Of a stretch of DNA of 64,000 bases, positions 62,301 to 64,000 are shown one piece after another. The first letter of the stretch is position 1. Every line of letters begins with the position of its first letter. This DNA is from Pinctada imbricata (Eukaryota), in assembly GCA_033119305.1 (NCBI GenBank), contig VSWD01000007.1, positions 57,730,741 to 57,794,740 on the forward strand, read 5' to 3'. The translations under genes and the position numbers were made by a program. The notes beneath the pieces are model-generated. The model was given only the letters and a program-made list of their open reading frames with translations. It had not been told where the DNA came from and made no database searches.

Positions 62301-64000
62301 GCATCAAAACAAGAATTCACTTCAACCTTCAAAACAATGACAACTGGTGCTCTTTCCAGCAGCAAAATTTGCAACGTCTAACTTTAACGGGTCAGACAGA
62401 ATAATAGAATAAAGAAACATAGGTTTCGAAATTTGAAATATCCAAAAAGTGCTTTGTGAAGAGTCATAGCCCTTCTTTGTAAAGATACATCTGCTTGCAG
62501 ACTTATTTTCATATTCATACGAAGCTGATTCATCCAGACCTTGCTCTCGACTGGACGGAAGCACCTCGAATCTCAGTTAATTTTAAGTATAGATACATAG
62601 ATGACGTGTTGTCCATCAAAAATCCGAACTGTAAGGATCATCTACATGAAATATATCCTCGTGAACTGGAGATCATAGAAACAAGCGAATGGGACAGATC
62701 CGCTTCGTACTTGGATATACACCTATCTTTCGAGGCAAACGGCGATTTGAACACCTCACTGTATGACAAGCTTGATGAATTCAGCTTCCACATAACTAAC
62801 TTCCCTTTCATGAGTAGCAATATTCTGTCTTCTTTGCTTATGACGTTTTTGTTTCTCGGCTGATACGGTACGCCAGGACGTGTTCAAGGTATGGAGATTT
62901 CATCATTAGAGCCAGATGGCTTGAAAGTAAGCTAATTGTTCAGGGTTATATTACACAACGGCTGAAATCATCATTGAGGAAGTTCGGTCGCTACAGGGAT
63001 ATACGGTAATAAAAGCATATCAAATCCACCTTTCCAGAATGATCAGTGACATTCTGGATTGTGATTGAATGGCTGACATCATCATCAAACAAGAAATATT
63101 AACCTGATATGTACATATGGTTTATGTGTAGTCCTTTGTGTTTGATGTGTCTGTGTTGTGCGTTGACGTTCCTTGTCCCTTATGCGTCTCTTTCTGTGCT
63201 TGTCTGCTTTGTGTTTTTGCATTGGGTGTTTGGGGGTTTTGCTGTGGGTGCTGCAACCTGGTGTTGTTGGAGATCCCCTCCTTTGATCAATATGAACATG
63301 TCATACACTATGATGCCCCACTCCCCAGAATGGTGGATGATATTCTGTCATAGACCATTTGAATTATCCAACCAAAGATTGTACTCTATGTCTTCCGAAA
63401 TGGAAGTAACCGGATGTGACAGTTCTACCGAATTGAAGCGGCGGGTGTTGCATGCAAGCAGGAGATGCTTACTCTTCATTGGCACCTGGTATCACTCCCA
63501 TATCGGGAGTTCGCTTCTTTTTATGTGTTGGAGGTTTTTGTTTATTTGCTTTGGTTCCTGTTTTGTCCTGATTTTGTATGCCTTCGGTTTCTGATTTTCT
63601 GAATTGTCGATTTTGTGCTGTATACAGATATATGGTCATTATCCATATTTGTCATTGAGGCAATCACCGATGTTGACAAGTAGCCATAAAGCTGTTGCGA
63701 CGGGTATTGCATGCAATCAAGAGACGTTGACTTTCCCCGGGCACCTGGTCTCTCTTCGGGATGTTATTCATTTGATCAAATTGTTATGCAATGGAAATTC
63801 TAATAATTTTGCCGTGCATTTTCGACTTTGAGACTGAATAACCGATGGTTACTTCTTTGATGATTATATCTATGGTGAAAACTCAATATGGCAAAGTTTA
63901 TGGTTCAAACATGACATTCCGAAATTGTAAAGGCAAAATGATGGGATATATGGTATGCAATGGCTCTTGCATATTGTCGAATGCCAACTTTCAGTTGTAC

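Noticed and set aside
1-64000. CRISPR arrays, operons, rRNA
   Set aside because: Sequence is eukaryotic (spliceosomal introns, LINE/LTR/MITE content). The tandem repeats present are satellites or minisatellites without CRISPR repeat-spacer regularity.

Overview
This 64-kb window is AT-rich (my estimate about 35% GC) and reads as repeat-dense eukaryotic intergenic or intronic DNA. It is not prokaryotic. Many copies of a repeat architecture described in bivalve genomes (about 160-bp AGGTCA-rich BIV160-like tandem subunits, then a (GACG/GACA)n microsatellite, then a 3' hairpin; the Cg_HINE/pearl class) suggest a bivalve mollusc, but this is an inference. I found no tRNA, rRNA or CRISPR. Supported content: (1) a 5.1-kb LTR retrotransposon (gag, protease, RT, RNase H, integrase; frameshifted) with 122/138-bp LTRs and a 5-bp TSD TACAT, inserted into an antisense CR1/L2-like LINE whose C-terminal motif FFPRTIKNWNHLP is restored when one TSD copy is removed in silico; (2) a 5'-truncated, frameshifted LINE ORF2 3' half on the plus strand (zf-RVT tail), interrupted by a 344-bp TTAA-flanked MITE; (3) several Helentron-like non-autonomous elements carrying satellite arrays; (4) an hAT-type MITE with a perfect 8-bp TSD; (5) a roughly 1.1-kb inverted-repeat palindrome, extended on the left by a tandem arm copy, foldback-like, built on (GAAACGAAA)n; (6) a candidate TTAA-flanked piggyBac-like non-autonomous element of 4.3 kb; (7) a degenerate Penelope-like element (minus strand) with pseudo-LTR direct repeats; (8) a 1.35-kb tandem duplication and several minisatellites and microsatellites. 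Apparent host-gene content is sparse. Two phase-compatible minus-strand exons with canonical splice signals end in an ankyrin repeat and a stop codon. There is a candidate cysteine-rich terminal exon, a candidate first coding exon, and a CCAAT-pair promoter-like site. No complete host gene is visible, and all protein-family assignments are by eye from motifs, without database searches.
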